DNA of 51,528 nt from a virus (IMGVR_UViG_3300017971_000076:1-51528), one strand, 5' to 3'; counted from the stretch's first letter, positions 17,119-26,622 are shown. Translations and numbers: made by a program. The notes: generated from the letters alone by a model not told the origin.

Positions 17119-17147
17119 AGTCTAATCCGGGTGAAACATCCTGTCAA
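17119..17147 (-). promoter_or_regulatory. Sigma70-type promoter for XRE regulator
   Basis: TTGACA-17 nt-TAGACT on minus strand. Confidence 0.75.
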
Positions 17148-17149
17148 GG

Positions 17150-18307
17150 CTAATCCTGCACCGATCCATCAAATAACCACTCGCGTACAGTATTCGCTAT
17201 TTTCTGTAGCCTCCCTAGTTCATTGAGATTGAGTTGCGAGTAGACCCGCTTCTGAAGCGATCTTGGGGCGTGCCCCATCGTAAGGTCGATCATGGCTTGA
17301 TCGGGCACGAGGTCCACGACAGTGGCGTAGGTGTGGCGGAGAGAGCCGATTCCGGCACCAGGGAGATGCTTGTCTGCCAGCAGCTTACACCACGCCCGCT
17401 CTAGGGCTTCCCGCCCGCTGTGTGCGCGTCGCCGCCTGGTCAGCAGAAGTCGCCGCTCCGTCTGGTCGACCGGCTTACGATGGTTGTCTCGGTAATCCAG
17501 GATCGCCGTAACAGTCTCGGGCCAAAGGGCCGCCATGCGACGGCGCTTCGTCTTGACTCGCCGGAAATCATGGTAGGGAATCTCGCCGTCCAGGTGGAGC
17601 CGGTCGAGCGTCACGGCGACCGTATCACTCTGATAGAAGCCGCAGTTGATCCCTAGCAGGATCGCAACCCGCATACTGGGCTCTGCGACCCGAAGTGCCG
17701 CCAGAATTACCTCCCGGTCCAGAAAGCGAGATACACCGCGCTCCTCTCGCTCGTACTCGATTGCGTGGATTCCAGGTGCCTTGAATCTCGGGCCATAGCG
17801 AACCTCTCGGTCGTACAGCCCCATCTCACGACCCCAGCGGAAGACAGTCCGGACGGCCGTGATGCGATTTCGCATCGTCGATGGGCCCCAGCCCCGGCGC
17901 TCCATGGCGCTCTGGACCGCTGTGAAGTGCTCTGGCCCGAGAGACGCGATCGGCACCCCGGCGAGCCGGGTATCCTCCAGGAGTTGACTGGCGGCCTGAT
18001 AGTCGTGGCGAGTCCTGGGTGAAAGCTGGCCAGTGACGATCCGGTCGTCTACGTCCATGAGATGCCTGGCGACCAGTTCCCCGACCGTCATGCTGCCGTT
18101 CTGAGTCGGCGGGATTAGCCCGGCCAGCAGGTGGTCGCGCTCCTGGAGCCAGAGTCGCAGCGCCCGGTCGGGATCGGTCAGCGGGCCGAAGTAGTGGACA
18201 CGCCCCCTGACCTTTTTACTCCACTGGCCGCTCGGATGGACCGTCAGAGGCCAGTCGGGGCGGGCTAGCTTCCACTCTCGGTACTCAGCGACTTCGGGGC
18301 GCACCAT
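17150..18307 (-). CDS. int: Tyrosine integrase (Planctomycete-type)
   Basis: N-term PLTVHPSGQWSKKVRGRVHYFG arm-binding region; KT, LRHT, MGH and C-terminal Y; GGAGG RBS before ATG 18307. Confidence 0.9.
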   Translation of the reverse strand: MVRPEVAEYREWKLARPDWPLTVHPSGQWSKKVRGRVHYFGPLTDPDRALRLWLQERDHLLAGLIPPTQNGSMTVGELVARHLMDVDDRIVTGQLSPRTRHDYQAASQLLEDTRLAGVPIASLGPEHFTAVQSAMERRGWGPSTMRNRITAVRTVFRWGREMGLYDREVRYGPRFKAPGIHAIEYEREERGVSRFLDREVILAALRVAEPSMRVAILLGINCGFYQSDTVAVTLDRLHLDGEIPYHDFRRVKTKRRRMAALWPETVTAILDYRDNHRKPVDQTERRLLLTRRRRAHSGREALERAWCKLLADKHLPGAGIGSLRHTYATVVDLVPDQAMIDLTMGHAPRSLQKRVYSQLNLNELGRLQKIANTVREWLFDGSVQD

Positions 18308-18382
18308 GTCAACCGCCCTCCAAGGAAGTATACTACATTTCCGAACCAATTCACACTAATTTAGCATAACTAGGAAGTCTCC

Positions 18383-18629
18383 GGGTGTAAAGAGGGTGTT
18401 ATTGGATTTCCGCCGGGCGTGGCGGTTGCCCTGCAAGTCGTCGCCAGGAAAGGACTTAGGGTAACACCCCGGAAACTAGGCGGCCTGGTAGTGGGTCATT
18501 TGCGGGGAAAATGGCATGTGTCATATCCTACTTACTGGCCGTAGGTTACGTCAATCCCGACTCTTGTTGTCTTGGTCAATTGGGGACAATAGGGGACACT
18601 GGGGGACAGATTCGGGTGTAGTTACACCC
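18383..18629. other. Putative attP region
   Basis: Non-coding, adjacent to int; five GGGTGT(A/T)(A/G) arm-like sites, three GGGGACA repeats at 10-bp period, two 25-bp bending-protein-like palindromes. Confidence 0.75.
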
Positions 18630-18635
18630 GCGCAG

Positions 18636-18666
18636 AAAAAGAGCCGGCCATGGACGTGGCCGGCTC
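18636..18666 (-). terminator. Intrinsic terminator ending the late/lysis operon
   Basis: GAGCCGGCCA/TGGCCGGCTC 10-bp stem followed by T-run on minus strand. Confidence 0.8.
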
Positions 18667-18690
18667 AGTCCCGCCCCACCCGCAATACGC

Positions 18691-18957
18691 TCAGTCTGGC
18701 CTCCTGAGCGCCGCAAGCAGTTCTCGAATCTCCTTCCGCTCAGCAGCCAAAGCCTCCAGGAAGGCATCTCGCTGCTCTGTCAGGGCCTTCGTGTGGGCCG
18801 GGCCGACTCTCGACAGCACATAGTATATTGTCCAGCCGAGGACCGCCAGGGCCCCGCCCTGAAGCATCTCCGGGGCGATTTGCGGAATCCCCGGGGCCCC
18901 CTCGGTCGCCAAGAGCACAGCCATTCCCCATATCGGCCCACACGCAAGCCATCTCAT
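18691..18957 (-). CDS. Holin-like small membrane protein
   Basis: Hydrophobic N-term and GGALAVLGWTIYYVL segment, charged C-terminal helix; last gene of late operon. Confidence 0.6.
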   Translation of the reverse strand: MRWLACGPIWGMAVLLATEGAPGIPQIAPEMLQGGALAVLGWTIYYVLSRVGPAHTKALTEQRDAFLEALAAERKEIRELLAALRRPD

Positions 18958-18958
18958 C

Positions 18959-19951
18959 CTATTCCCTCCCGTAGAATTCGCGCAGCCGGTCGATCGGCTG
19001 TACCCCAGAAAGCGTCTCGCCCAGCCGGTTCACGTAGGCCGGCAGGCCACCGATCTCGTACATCTCGGCGAACGTCGTATTCTCGTCATAGTCAATCACT
19101 TGGATGTCGACCCCCTCCTGGACCAACTGAACTACAATCTCGTTCATCTGCGGACAGAATCGGCACCAGTCGGCCCTGAAAAAGAAATTACCGGAACCCT
19201 CCTGGCTGCCAATCGCACTCAGGGCCCCCTTGCGAAAATCCTCGCAGCGCACGGCGTAGCCGATCCCGCCATCGGAACCCCACAAGATTCCGACAATCTT
19301 GCCGTCCTGGAAGATCGCGGAGCCAGACCGGCCACCTTTAGGCGGCGGGACGAACGTGAAGCTTGTCCGGCCGCCGTTGTACTTTGGGCTCATGTTCGCG
19401 CCCCCCTTGACATGCCCCTCCCATAGCGATTGCCATGAGAGCCCTGGGCAGCCGATCGAAATAATCGCGGTATCCTCTTCCGGGGACGCCTCGCCGATAG
19501 GAATTGCGTTCGGTAACTCGCCCTCCTTGAACGCACTCACCGGAATCTTAAGGATCGCCGCATCAACTTTCAGGGCCTTCACGACCGTCGCCTTGTACTC
19601 GCCAGTGATATGGCCGTCCAACCAGAACTCGACAATGAATGTCTTCGTTCGCCCGACGACGTGCCGGCAAGTGAGTACGTAGACGTACTTGTCGTCAATC
19701 GCAAAACAGCACCCACTCCCGCCGGAACCTCCGCCGCGTACACGGCAGGTCGCTTTCAGGTATTCGTAAAGCTGATCGAACGGCTCCGGCTCTGGATCGA
19801 CGATCGGGTCGCCGGGCTCTGGGATCGGCAATTCCTGCGACGGACAGCCGCCCTTCGGGCACTTATCACAATCATCATCCGGGCATGCGCCGTCCGACAT
19901 GGGCACACAACCCGGCAACGCTAACAGCAGAATCAAGAGCAGTCGTCTCAC
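18959..19951 (-). CDS. Lipoprotein: trypsin-like serine protease fused to thioredoxin domain
   Basis: AGGAGG RBS + GTG 19951; signal peptide LLLILLLALPGC; triad TCRH / DAAIL / GRSGS; C-terminal ADWCRFC...YVN thioredoxin fold. Confidence 0.85.
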   Translation of the reverse strand: MRRLLLILLLALPGCVPMSDGACPDDDCDKCPKGGCPSQELPIPEPGDPIVDPEPEPFDQLYEYLKATCRVRGGGSGGSGCCFAIDDKYVYVLTCRHVVGRTKTFIVEFWLDGHITGEYKATVVKALKVDAAILKIPVSAFKEGELPNAIPIGEASPEEDTAIISIGCPGLSWQSLWEGHVKGGANMSPKYNGGRTSFTFVPPPKGGRSGSAIFQDGKIVGILWGSDGGIGYAVRCEDFRKGALSAIGSQEGSGNFFFRADWCRFCPQMNEIVVQLVQEGVDIQVIDYDENTTFAEMYEIGGLPAYVNRLGETLSGVQPIDRLREFYGRE

Positions 19952-19961
19952 AGGTACCTCC

Positions 19962-20387
19962 TTACACAGCAAATGAAATCTGACGTTGCTGACGGGCCTC
20001 GCGCAGCGCCTTCAGGATCTTGATACCAGCCTGGACGGCCTGGATGATCGCGAAAATCATCATGGGGTTGAATGCACACTCAGTAACCTCTTGAAGCTCC
20101 TGCGAACATTGGAGGCTCTGCTCGGCCGTGAATCGCCCCTCAATAACCGCCAGGACGACGCCGTGAATCAGCGCCCACGCCTCATCTCTGGCAACCAAAT
20201 CGGCAGCGAAATCAAGAATCGTATCGTCGATCTCGATTACGGTACGTTCGGCGAGCACAACGCCCGTCTCGATAGCCGCCATAGTCCAGCGGCGCACGTC
20301 CTCGCTGTCACTCAGGTCGTCTGGGAAGTTAATCAGATCGCGGACGGGCACACGTCTCAACAACGAAAGCAATTGCAACAATCTCAT
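19962..20387 (-). CDS. Hypothetical protein with amphipathic N- and C-terminal helices (lysis region)
   Basis: GAGGAG RBS before ATG 20387; C-term FNPMMIFAIIQAVQAGIKILKAL. Confidence 0.7.
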   Translation of the reverse strand: MRLLQLLSLLRRVPVRDLINFPDDLSDSEDVRRWTMAAIETGVVLAERTVIEIDDTILDFAADLVARDEAWALIHGVVLAVIEGRFTAEQSLQCSQELQEVTECAFNPMMIFAIIQAVQAGIKILKALREARQQRQISFAV

Positions 20388-20391
20388 AGTG

Positions 20392-23300
20392 CTACTCCTC
20401 AGAAAGAAACAGGTTTGCCACCTCAACGTAATACTTAGCCAACTCTTGGTCTATCGTTCTCGCGTTATTGCGCTTTGCCGCAATGATCGGCCAAAGTTGC
20501 TTGCGCTCTTCGGCTGTCCCTTGCAGGAAAACGTCCAACGATTCGCGCAGCGATAGTCTCTTGACTGACGCCTGGAGCGGTGTCAGCCTCGATTCCGCCA
20601 GAATCCCTTTTCGCTCTGTGCCGGCGAACCCTTCCAGTCCTTCTGGCGTAACTTCCTCGTCGGCCCGAAATCGCCGAACTAGCCCCTTGCGCCTCTTGCT
20701 TCTCTCAGCTTTCTCTCGCGTCCTGGAGCCAGTCGGGATTTTGTTCGCGAGGTACTGCATCGCCAACTTCTGTGCGTTGCTTCTCGTGATGTACGCAGGG
20801 GCAGACGTGATTCCGAGACCGCTCGTAACAGCCGCCTGGACAGCCGGTTCCTTCGCTTCGCGCATCCGCATATAGTTCTTGACACTGAACGGTATATACG
20901 CTTCGCCGACATGCTGCACGCTGTCAATTAGCTGGGCCATCAACGGGTCATCTGCGTTCCGAATTTCCGTTCCGTAATAGTCCTCATTGCTCCACATATC
21001 CAGGAAAGTACCCCACATCGGATGCACCTTGTGATGCGCTGTTCGCATCGGATCATGCGTCCACGAATACACGTCACGAGAGTAGGTCGGCAGGCCAATT
21101 CGCTCAACGCTTCCATCGGGGTTCCGATTGCCGGTGGGCGGGAAAAAGTAATCCCGCAACTCCCTGGGGGCCTCTCCCGTAAGCAGGTAGGTCAATATAG
21201 CTCCGAGGGTCGCATACGAAATTGCCGCCCCAATCACGTAAGCCTGCTTGCCGCTAATCAGTTCCCCGCCGAGTGCCTTCCGTTCCTTAGTGGTAAAGAT
21301 GTCCGTAACTGCGCCGCCGTACTCACGGATACTACCGAGGTTCCAGCCTACTGACCGCACGGCCAACATGGACACATCTTTGACGTACTGGTTCCAAAAC
21401 AGATTGTCGTAGGCTAGCTGGCCAAGGCGGTTATCGACTGAATCCCACGCCTGCGTCAGTTGCTCCGCAACTTGCTCCTCGGAAAGCGTTCCCCATCTGC
21501 TGTACACGTCGCGTGCCAAGTAATGGAACGTTCCTAGCTTTAGTCGCGGCACCATGTACTGCATGATAGGCGCTGCCGTCGCCTCTAGCGTCGCGAAAAT
21601 GCTCTGTACCGGGAGCTTGACGGCAGAGGACGCCTTTTCCATTGGGGCCCCGTACCGTAAGTTGTAAAGCGTATCCCTGATTGATTTGATCGACCTGTTG
21701 TAGTATCTGGGGTCCATGCTGGCCCGGCCGCCTGCCCCGATGATATTTTCAATCAAGTACGCCAGTTCGTCGTTCTTAATCTTGTCAAGATCGTTGCGCA
21801 TCGCCTTGATTAGCTTATCGCCCTGCCACAGCGACTTGAAGCCGGCAAAGGGGGCCGTGACCAACTCTTTGGCTCCCTGCGACACGTTACCGCGGAGCAT
21901 CTTGAGAATCGACACGCCAGTCTGCGTGGCGATCGCGTCAGTCATAACATTGAGTGCATGGAACCCGGACAGCGACAGGCTAGCTTGATTCATTGCGTTA
22001 CCGAACGCTCGCGCGGTGTTGTACAGCGTGCGAACAGCGACGTTCGGGTTGGCCCTCAACCCAGGAGATAACTGGTTATCAATCATGCCAGCGACCTCAT
22101 TCGGCATCGCCCACCGCCCCAATACCCTCACGCCCTGTTGTGTAATCGTCTGCTCCTGCGTCCCAAGCACGAGCGAGCGGTCCAGCATTAGCAGCGGGCT
22201 CAGCGGCTCGTTGGCAGCCAGGAAGTCTTGCCACATCCCAGTTACCTCCGGCGCAACTTCCCGCATTTTCTCCGGCGCTGCAAGCCACGCCTCCAAGATA
22301 ACAGCCTCCTGCTCCTCTGGCGTCTTGGAGTATTCGACGAACCCTTCCGTCTCTGGTATCGATCTCTCGACGCGGAGTGACGACAGCGCGTCCAACTCCC
22401 GCCGCACCGCCTTACCGCCATTCTCGACCATGTAATCGTACAGGCCGTAGATTTCGCCAATATTATGCCCGATCTCGTGTGCGAGTGTCGCTACGGGGGT
22501 CCCCGTCCGCGTCTTGATGATCCGCCGCCCCTTCTTTGTCGTGACGGTCTCACCGAAAGACTCCAGCTTCGTTACCCGTCTTGTCGCTACTCCCAGAGAG
22601 TTTGCGACTGACGTGAGTTGATCAACGAGTAGTTTGTCGAACACTTCGGTGACTGTCACGTCTCCGGACGTTTGCACTAAAAACGACGGATCATCGACAA
22701 ACCTGAACCCACTCGGCAGATAATCTTTCTCCAGGCTGGCCGGCACGAACACAGCTAGGCCGTGTTGCTTCAGCAGCCCCATTGCCTCCGTCTTCGCCGC
22801 ATATTCGTTCATGTGGTGAATCCGCATGAACGCCAACTCAGCCGGGTTGTCAGTCACTAGTTCAAGGCCAGCCTCACGACCTTCCTTTACAGTCGGGATA
22901 ACCCGCTTACGGAGGAAGCCAGACTTCCGATAGGTCTCCCGGAAAATCTGACCGAGCACCGTGTCCGCTTCTGGGCTGGATTTCCACAGGTGAGGGAAGT
23001 AGTCTTCGTTGAATTTCGACAGCTTCCCGACCTTTTGGACACGCTCCCGCGCCGCGTCCAACTCACCTCGGATTACCTTTGCGACGGCGTTCAACTCACC
23101 CGGCTGCTCTGTCCCAGACTCCATGCGGTCGATGAATTCAAGTCGCTCATCGGGTGACATCTTGTAGAACGACCGCTCAATCTTATCGAGCGAATGCTTA
23201 GACGCCTCATCCCACTGGGCCGCACGAGCCATCTGGCCACGCAGGATATGCCCCGCTCGCCTGGCCCGCCGCCCACCGGCTGCGACCGGGGACGCTATCG

Positions 23301-24933
23301 ACACAAGGTCTTCGGCCGCCGCCCGTGCTTTCGAGGCTACGGGCGACTTCTTCCTCTCCCCTGGCTTGGCGGCCGTTTCTGGCGCGTGAATGCCGTCCGC
23401 CGGAAGCGGAGCACCTGACTCCAGGGCCTCCGTCGTTAGGTTGCCGGCGATCCCGATGGCCCTCTGCTGGAGGACCCTGGCCGGCTCAGCGGCTACAGGC
23501 GGGTTCTGACTGACTGCCGTGCCGTACCTCCGGCTGATTGCCGGCTCGATCTCGGCGTGAGTCTTATCAGCTATCCAGAGGTATACGTTACCCTCGGAGT
23601 CTGTCGTACTTCTCGTCCTTGGCTCGCCCTTCGGGGCGCTGGGATACTTCCCTCTGAACTCTGCCGATATTTCTTGCCTGTCCTGAATCGTGGGGTTCTT
23701 TACTACGGTCGTCTTCCCCACCTTAAATACTTCCCATGCCTTTTGCGGCTCGACGGCCGGCGATTCCTGGGCCGCTACCGCCCTGTCAGCGTCCGTCTGC
23801 GGCTCGCTCACGGCCTCCTGGGCCTTGGCCGGCTCCTGGGCCGTCTCGGCCCCTCGGGCCTCTGGAGCGGCCGTAAACGCCTTACTTACTTCCTCCGTGA
23901 ACGCCCTCCGCTGCTTGCGAGACTCGCCGTACTCGGGAGCCAGGCCCCATTTCTTCCAGGTTTTCCGCGATGGGACCCGCCCCTCTTTGGCGTAGGCCAC
24001 GATCTCGCCAGTCACCCGAGCCACCTTTTCGCGACTCATCTGCCGCACGATCCCCGGGGACCCGGCAAATGCCAACGCAATCACCGTCTGAACTGTCGTT
24101 TCATTGACTATCTGCCTGAGGCTGTCTTTCGTGAGGGCCTCGGGGTCCACGTCGGCCACCTTCGCGGCCACGCCGTGGCTGATCTCAGTCACGAGTTCTT
24201 CCGGGACTTCCTGGGCGATTGCCATCCCGAGCCGCTTTAGTCCCTCGCGGACCCCGCCAGCCACGGCCTGCTTCCCTGCAACCATGGTTTCGACGCCCCC
24301 CAGGCCCATTTTCTGCATGACCGCGGCCGGGGCTCCCTCGATAACGCCCTGGCTAACTGCATAGCCGGCCAGTTTGGTGCCCTTCAGCCCGGCGTCCCGC
24401 CCCTCAGTAATGGCCCGGTTCGCCTCCTGGCCGGAGGCCGCGAGAATCGCCGCGGCGGGGCCGCCTGCCATCCCGGCGGCACCCATTGTCGTGAGGGATC
24501 GTCCAGCCCCGCGGACGCCGCTCTGAATAACGTCAGGGACGATCCCGCCACGCTCGCGCTTTCGCTGGACCTGCTCGACCGCATCCGCGAAGCGATTCAT
24601 CCGATCGGCATACTCATCGTGGCCGGTCAATCTGGCAATCGGCGAGACAATATCCGCCCCAGCCTCAATTGCATACGCCTTAACGCCCGGCCAGTTTGAC
24701 TCACCAAGCTCTTTGCTGGCCTGCGCCAGCAGCCGCTCGCGCTCGATAATCTGCTCAGACTGGCGGCGCTCCGCCTCCGTTAACTCCTGACGCTTCGGCG
24801 GCTGCTGCGCATAATAATCCCTGAGATTGCGGCCAACCTCCAGGACATCTTGATTGACGCCCTTTTCGCGCACTTCCAGCGCCCCTTCCCTGAATTGCCG
24901 GCCGAAGTTCAGTACATCGCGATCAATCGGCAT
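20392..24933 (-). CDS. Large internal virion/ejection protein (polyvalent-like), contains HExxH metallopeptidase-like motif
   Basis: 1513 aa, Ala/Gly-rich helical N-term, AHEIGH, position after two smaller ejection-like genes. Confidence 0.7.
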   Translation of the reverse strand: MPIDRDVLNFGRQFREGALEVREKGVNQDVLEVGRNLRDYYAQQPPKRQELTEAERRQSEQIIERERLLAQASKELGESNWPGVKAYAIEAGADIVSPIARLTGHDEYADRMNRFADAVEQVQRKRERGGIVPDVIQSGVRGAGRSLTTMGAAGMAGGPAAAILAASGQEANRAITEGRDAGLKGTKLAGYAVSQGVIEGAPAAVMQKMGLGGVETMVAGKQAVAGGVREGLKRLGMAIAQEVPEELVTEISHGVAAKVADVDPEALTKDSLRQIVNETTVQTVIALAFAGSPGIVRQMSREKVARVTGEIVAYAKEGRVPSRKTWKKWGLAPEYGESRKQRRAFTEEVSKAFTAAPEARGAETAQEPAKAQEAVSEPQTDADRAVAAQESPAVEPQKAWEVFKVGKTTVVKNPTIQDRQEISAEFRGKYPSAPKGEPRTRSTTDSEGNVYLWIADKTHAEIEPAISRRYGTAVSQNPPVAAEPARVLQQRAIGIAGNLTTEALESGAPLPADGIHAPETAAKPGERKKSPVASKARAAAEDLVSIASPVAAGGRRARRAGHILRGQMARAAQWDEASKHSLDKIERSFYKMSPDERLEFIDRMESGTEQPGELNAVAKVIRGELDAARERVQKVGKLSKFNEDYFPHLWKSSPEADTVLGQIFRETYRKSGFLRKRVIPTVKEGREAGLELVTDNPAELAFMRIHHMNEYAAKTEAMGLLKQHGLAVFVPASLEKDYLPSGFRFVDDPSFLVQTSGDVTVTEVFDKLLVDQLTSVANSLGVATRRVTKLESFGETVTTKKGRRIIKTRTGTPVATLAHEIGHNIGEIYGLYDYMVENGGKAVRRELDALSSLRVERSIPETEGFVEYSKTPEEQEAVILEAWLAAPEKMREVAPEVTGMWQDFLAANEPLSPLLMLDRSLVLGTQEQTITQQGVRVLGRWAMPNEVAGMIDNQLSPGLRANPNVAVRTLYNTARAFGNAMNQASLSLSGFHALNVMTDAIATQTGVSILKMLRGNVSQGAKELVTAPFAGFKSLWQGDKLIKAMRNDLDKIKNDELAYLIENIIGAGGRASMDPRYYNRSIKSIRDTLYNLRYGAPMEKASSAVKLPVQSIFATLEATAAPIMQYMVPRLKLGTFHYLARDVYSRWGTLSEEQVAEQLTQAWDSVDNRLGQLAYDNLFWNQYVKDVSMLAVRSVGWNLGSIREYGGAVTDIFTTKERKALGGELISGKQAYVIGAAISYATLGAILTYLLTGEAPRELRDYFFPPTGNRNPDGSVERIGLPTYSRDVYSWTHDPMRTAHHKVHPMWGTFLDMWSNEDYYGTEIRNADDPLMAQLIDSVQHVGEAYIPFSVKNYMRMREAKEPAVQAAVTSGLGITSAPAYITRSNAQKLAMQYLANKIPTGSRTREKAERSKRRKGLVRRFRADEEVTPEGLEGFAGTERKGILAESRLTPLQASVKRLSLRESLDVFLQGTAEERKQLWPIIAAKRNNARTIDQELAKYYVEVANLFLSEE

Positions 24934-25996
24934 TCTTCGCGTCCCACCACTCCAGTACCGCAGTCGCCTGGTTCACAGCGTCCGCCATTTGCGCCGGAGG
25001 TTCGACACCAGCAGCAGCACGCTGGCCAACCTCCCGCAAAAACGCCTGGGCAATCTGCACTTCACGCGGCATACCTTTTTCTTCCTCCGTTGCCTTCACG
25101 CCGAGGTTGCGGGCCCATCCAATGTACTCGCGTTTCTTCGGCTTTTTCGGCACAGCTTCCTTTTTCTTCGCGGCAATGCGCTTGCGTAATTCAGACTCCA
25201 AGTCCTCGCGATACACCCCACCTTCCGGTGCTTCGCCAAGAATAATCGCCATCGCTTGGTCCACTTCCTCTGGTGTGCGATAACGCTCTGACTCCATACC
25301 GAGCTTATCTTTCGTCTTAATCTTGTCTGCAATCAACTTGTGTCGAATATCGAGAATCTTCTCCTCTCGCCTCCTTGCAGCCTGCTGCTCAATGTATTCT
25401 TTTGTTTGATCGTAGCGCAACATGAGCTTCTTATTGCCGTCCTGGTCGATCGTGTACCACGAGCCATCCGGCTCCTGGAACGTATCCCCGGGCCCACGAC
25501 CTTCCGGGTACTGCGGGGCACTTGGATCGCGGGGAATACCAGTCGGCTTGATTGTATCAATTTGCGTGTCAATCTCCTGCGCAAGCAGCGCCTTTTCCTG
25601 TTCGGAATATCGCTTGTTCTGTGTGAGTTGCTGCTTGGCATTTTGAAGCCTTGCAATCTCAGCCCGCTGCTTTGGCGTATACTTGAAGTCAACCGGAATC
25701 GCCCGCTTTTGAGCTTCCTCCTGCTCGATCAACTTCCGCTGATACTCCATCTCTCGCGTTTTCGCCTCGGCGGCTAGCTCGCGATCAGACGGGTAGTGCA
25801 GCCGGCCATAGTCGGCCATCATTGGGCCGCGGCTAGTCCGCGTTCGGCCGCCGCCACCACCGCCGCCGCCTCGCGGGGCCCCTTGGGGATCGACTCGCGG
25901 TGCCTGCGGTGTCCTGGCCTCAGTAGCGCCGGCCAAGGCGGCAAGTTGCGCCAGGGCCGTAATGTCGCCCTCTCCGTGCTTGACTCGAATCCCCAT
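24923..25996 (-). CDS. Putative ejection/internal virion protein
   Basis: Helical Gln/Glu/Arg-rich with Gly linker; podovirus gene order. Confidence 0.55.
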   Translation of the reverse strand: MGIRVKHGEGDITALAQLAALAGATEARTPQAPRVDPQGAPRGGGGGGGGRTRTSRGPMMADYGRLHYPSDRELAAEAKTREMEYQRKLIEQEEAQKRAIPVDFKYTPKQRAEIARLQNAKQQLTQNKRYSEQEKALLAQEIDTQIDTIKPTGIPRDPSAPQYPEGRGPGDTFQEPDGSWYTIDQDGNKKLMLRYDQTKEYIEQQAARRREEKILDIRHKLIADKIKTKDKLGMESERYRTPEEVDQAMAIILGEAPEGGVYREDLESELRKRIAAKKKEAVPKKPKKREYIGWARNLGVKATEEEKGMPREVQIAQAFLREVGQRAAAGVEPPAQMADAVNQATAVLEWWDAKNAD

Positions 25997-26595
25997 TATG
26001 CGATCCTCATGTTCCCGAGAGCGTTGTAGGCTTGCGAACCACTTTGCCCGCCGCTACCGGACCCGAGCTGATTGATGAGTGAGACAATCATGTCGGATTC
26101 CGGATACTCGTCCTCGCGGCGCTCGATCCACCCCAACTTGGTGCCTTGGAGGCTGTCGGCCAGGCGGTTCAGTGCGGACTGCTTTTCGCGCTCAATACCC
26201 AGGCCGAGTGTCGGAGAAATAGTTGTATTCCCCATACCAGTCCTGGCAAGCTGCTGCATTATGTCCGACCGCTGCCCGGCGTAATCGCTCCGGATATCGG
26301 CCTCGCGCTGGCCAGTGGTCTGGTCGATAATCCCGAGCCCCTGCTGGTAACGTGCCTCGTTCGCAGCCTTCGCTTCTGCCCAGCCTTGGTTGTACTGGTT
26401 AATGAGTTTGCTGAGACTGGCCCCCGCCGCCTTGGACTGCTTAAGTTCGTTTTGATATTTTCGCTTCTCGAATTCCCATTGCTCTTCCGCGAGTCGCTGC
26501 TGCGCGTCTGCACCAGGATCAAAGCTCGACATAACGAGCCCCCAGGGACCGACAGTCATTGAAGTGCCGAACCCAGTGTCCATAATCGCCATCAT
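25996..26595 (-). CDS. Putative ejection/DNA pilot protein
   Basis: Gln/Ala/Gly-rich helical protein; podovirus gene order. Confidence 0.55.
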   Translation of the reverse strand: MMAIMDTGFGTSMTVGPWGLVMSSFDPGADAQQRLAEEQWEFEKRKYQNELKQSKAAGASLSKLINQYNQGWAEAKAANEARYQQGLGIIDQTTGQREADIRSDYAGQRSDIMQQLARTGMGNTTISPTLGLGIEREKQSALNRLADSLQGTKLGWIERREDEYPESDMIVSLINQLGSGSGGQSGSQAYNALGNMRIA

Positions 26596-26622
26596 CTACC
26601 CCTTATTTAATTTGCCCCAGCT

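Noticed and set aside
18581-18608. GGGGACA repeats as a mini-CRISPR or G-quadruplex
   Set aside because: 3-nt spacers are far too short for CRISPR, and there are only three regular G-tracts; helical phasing fits protein-binding sites.
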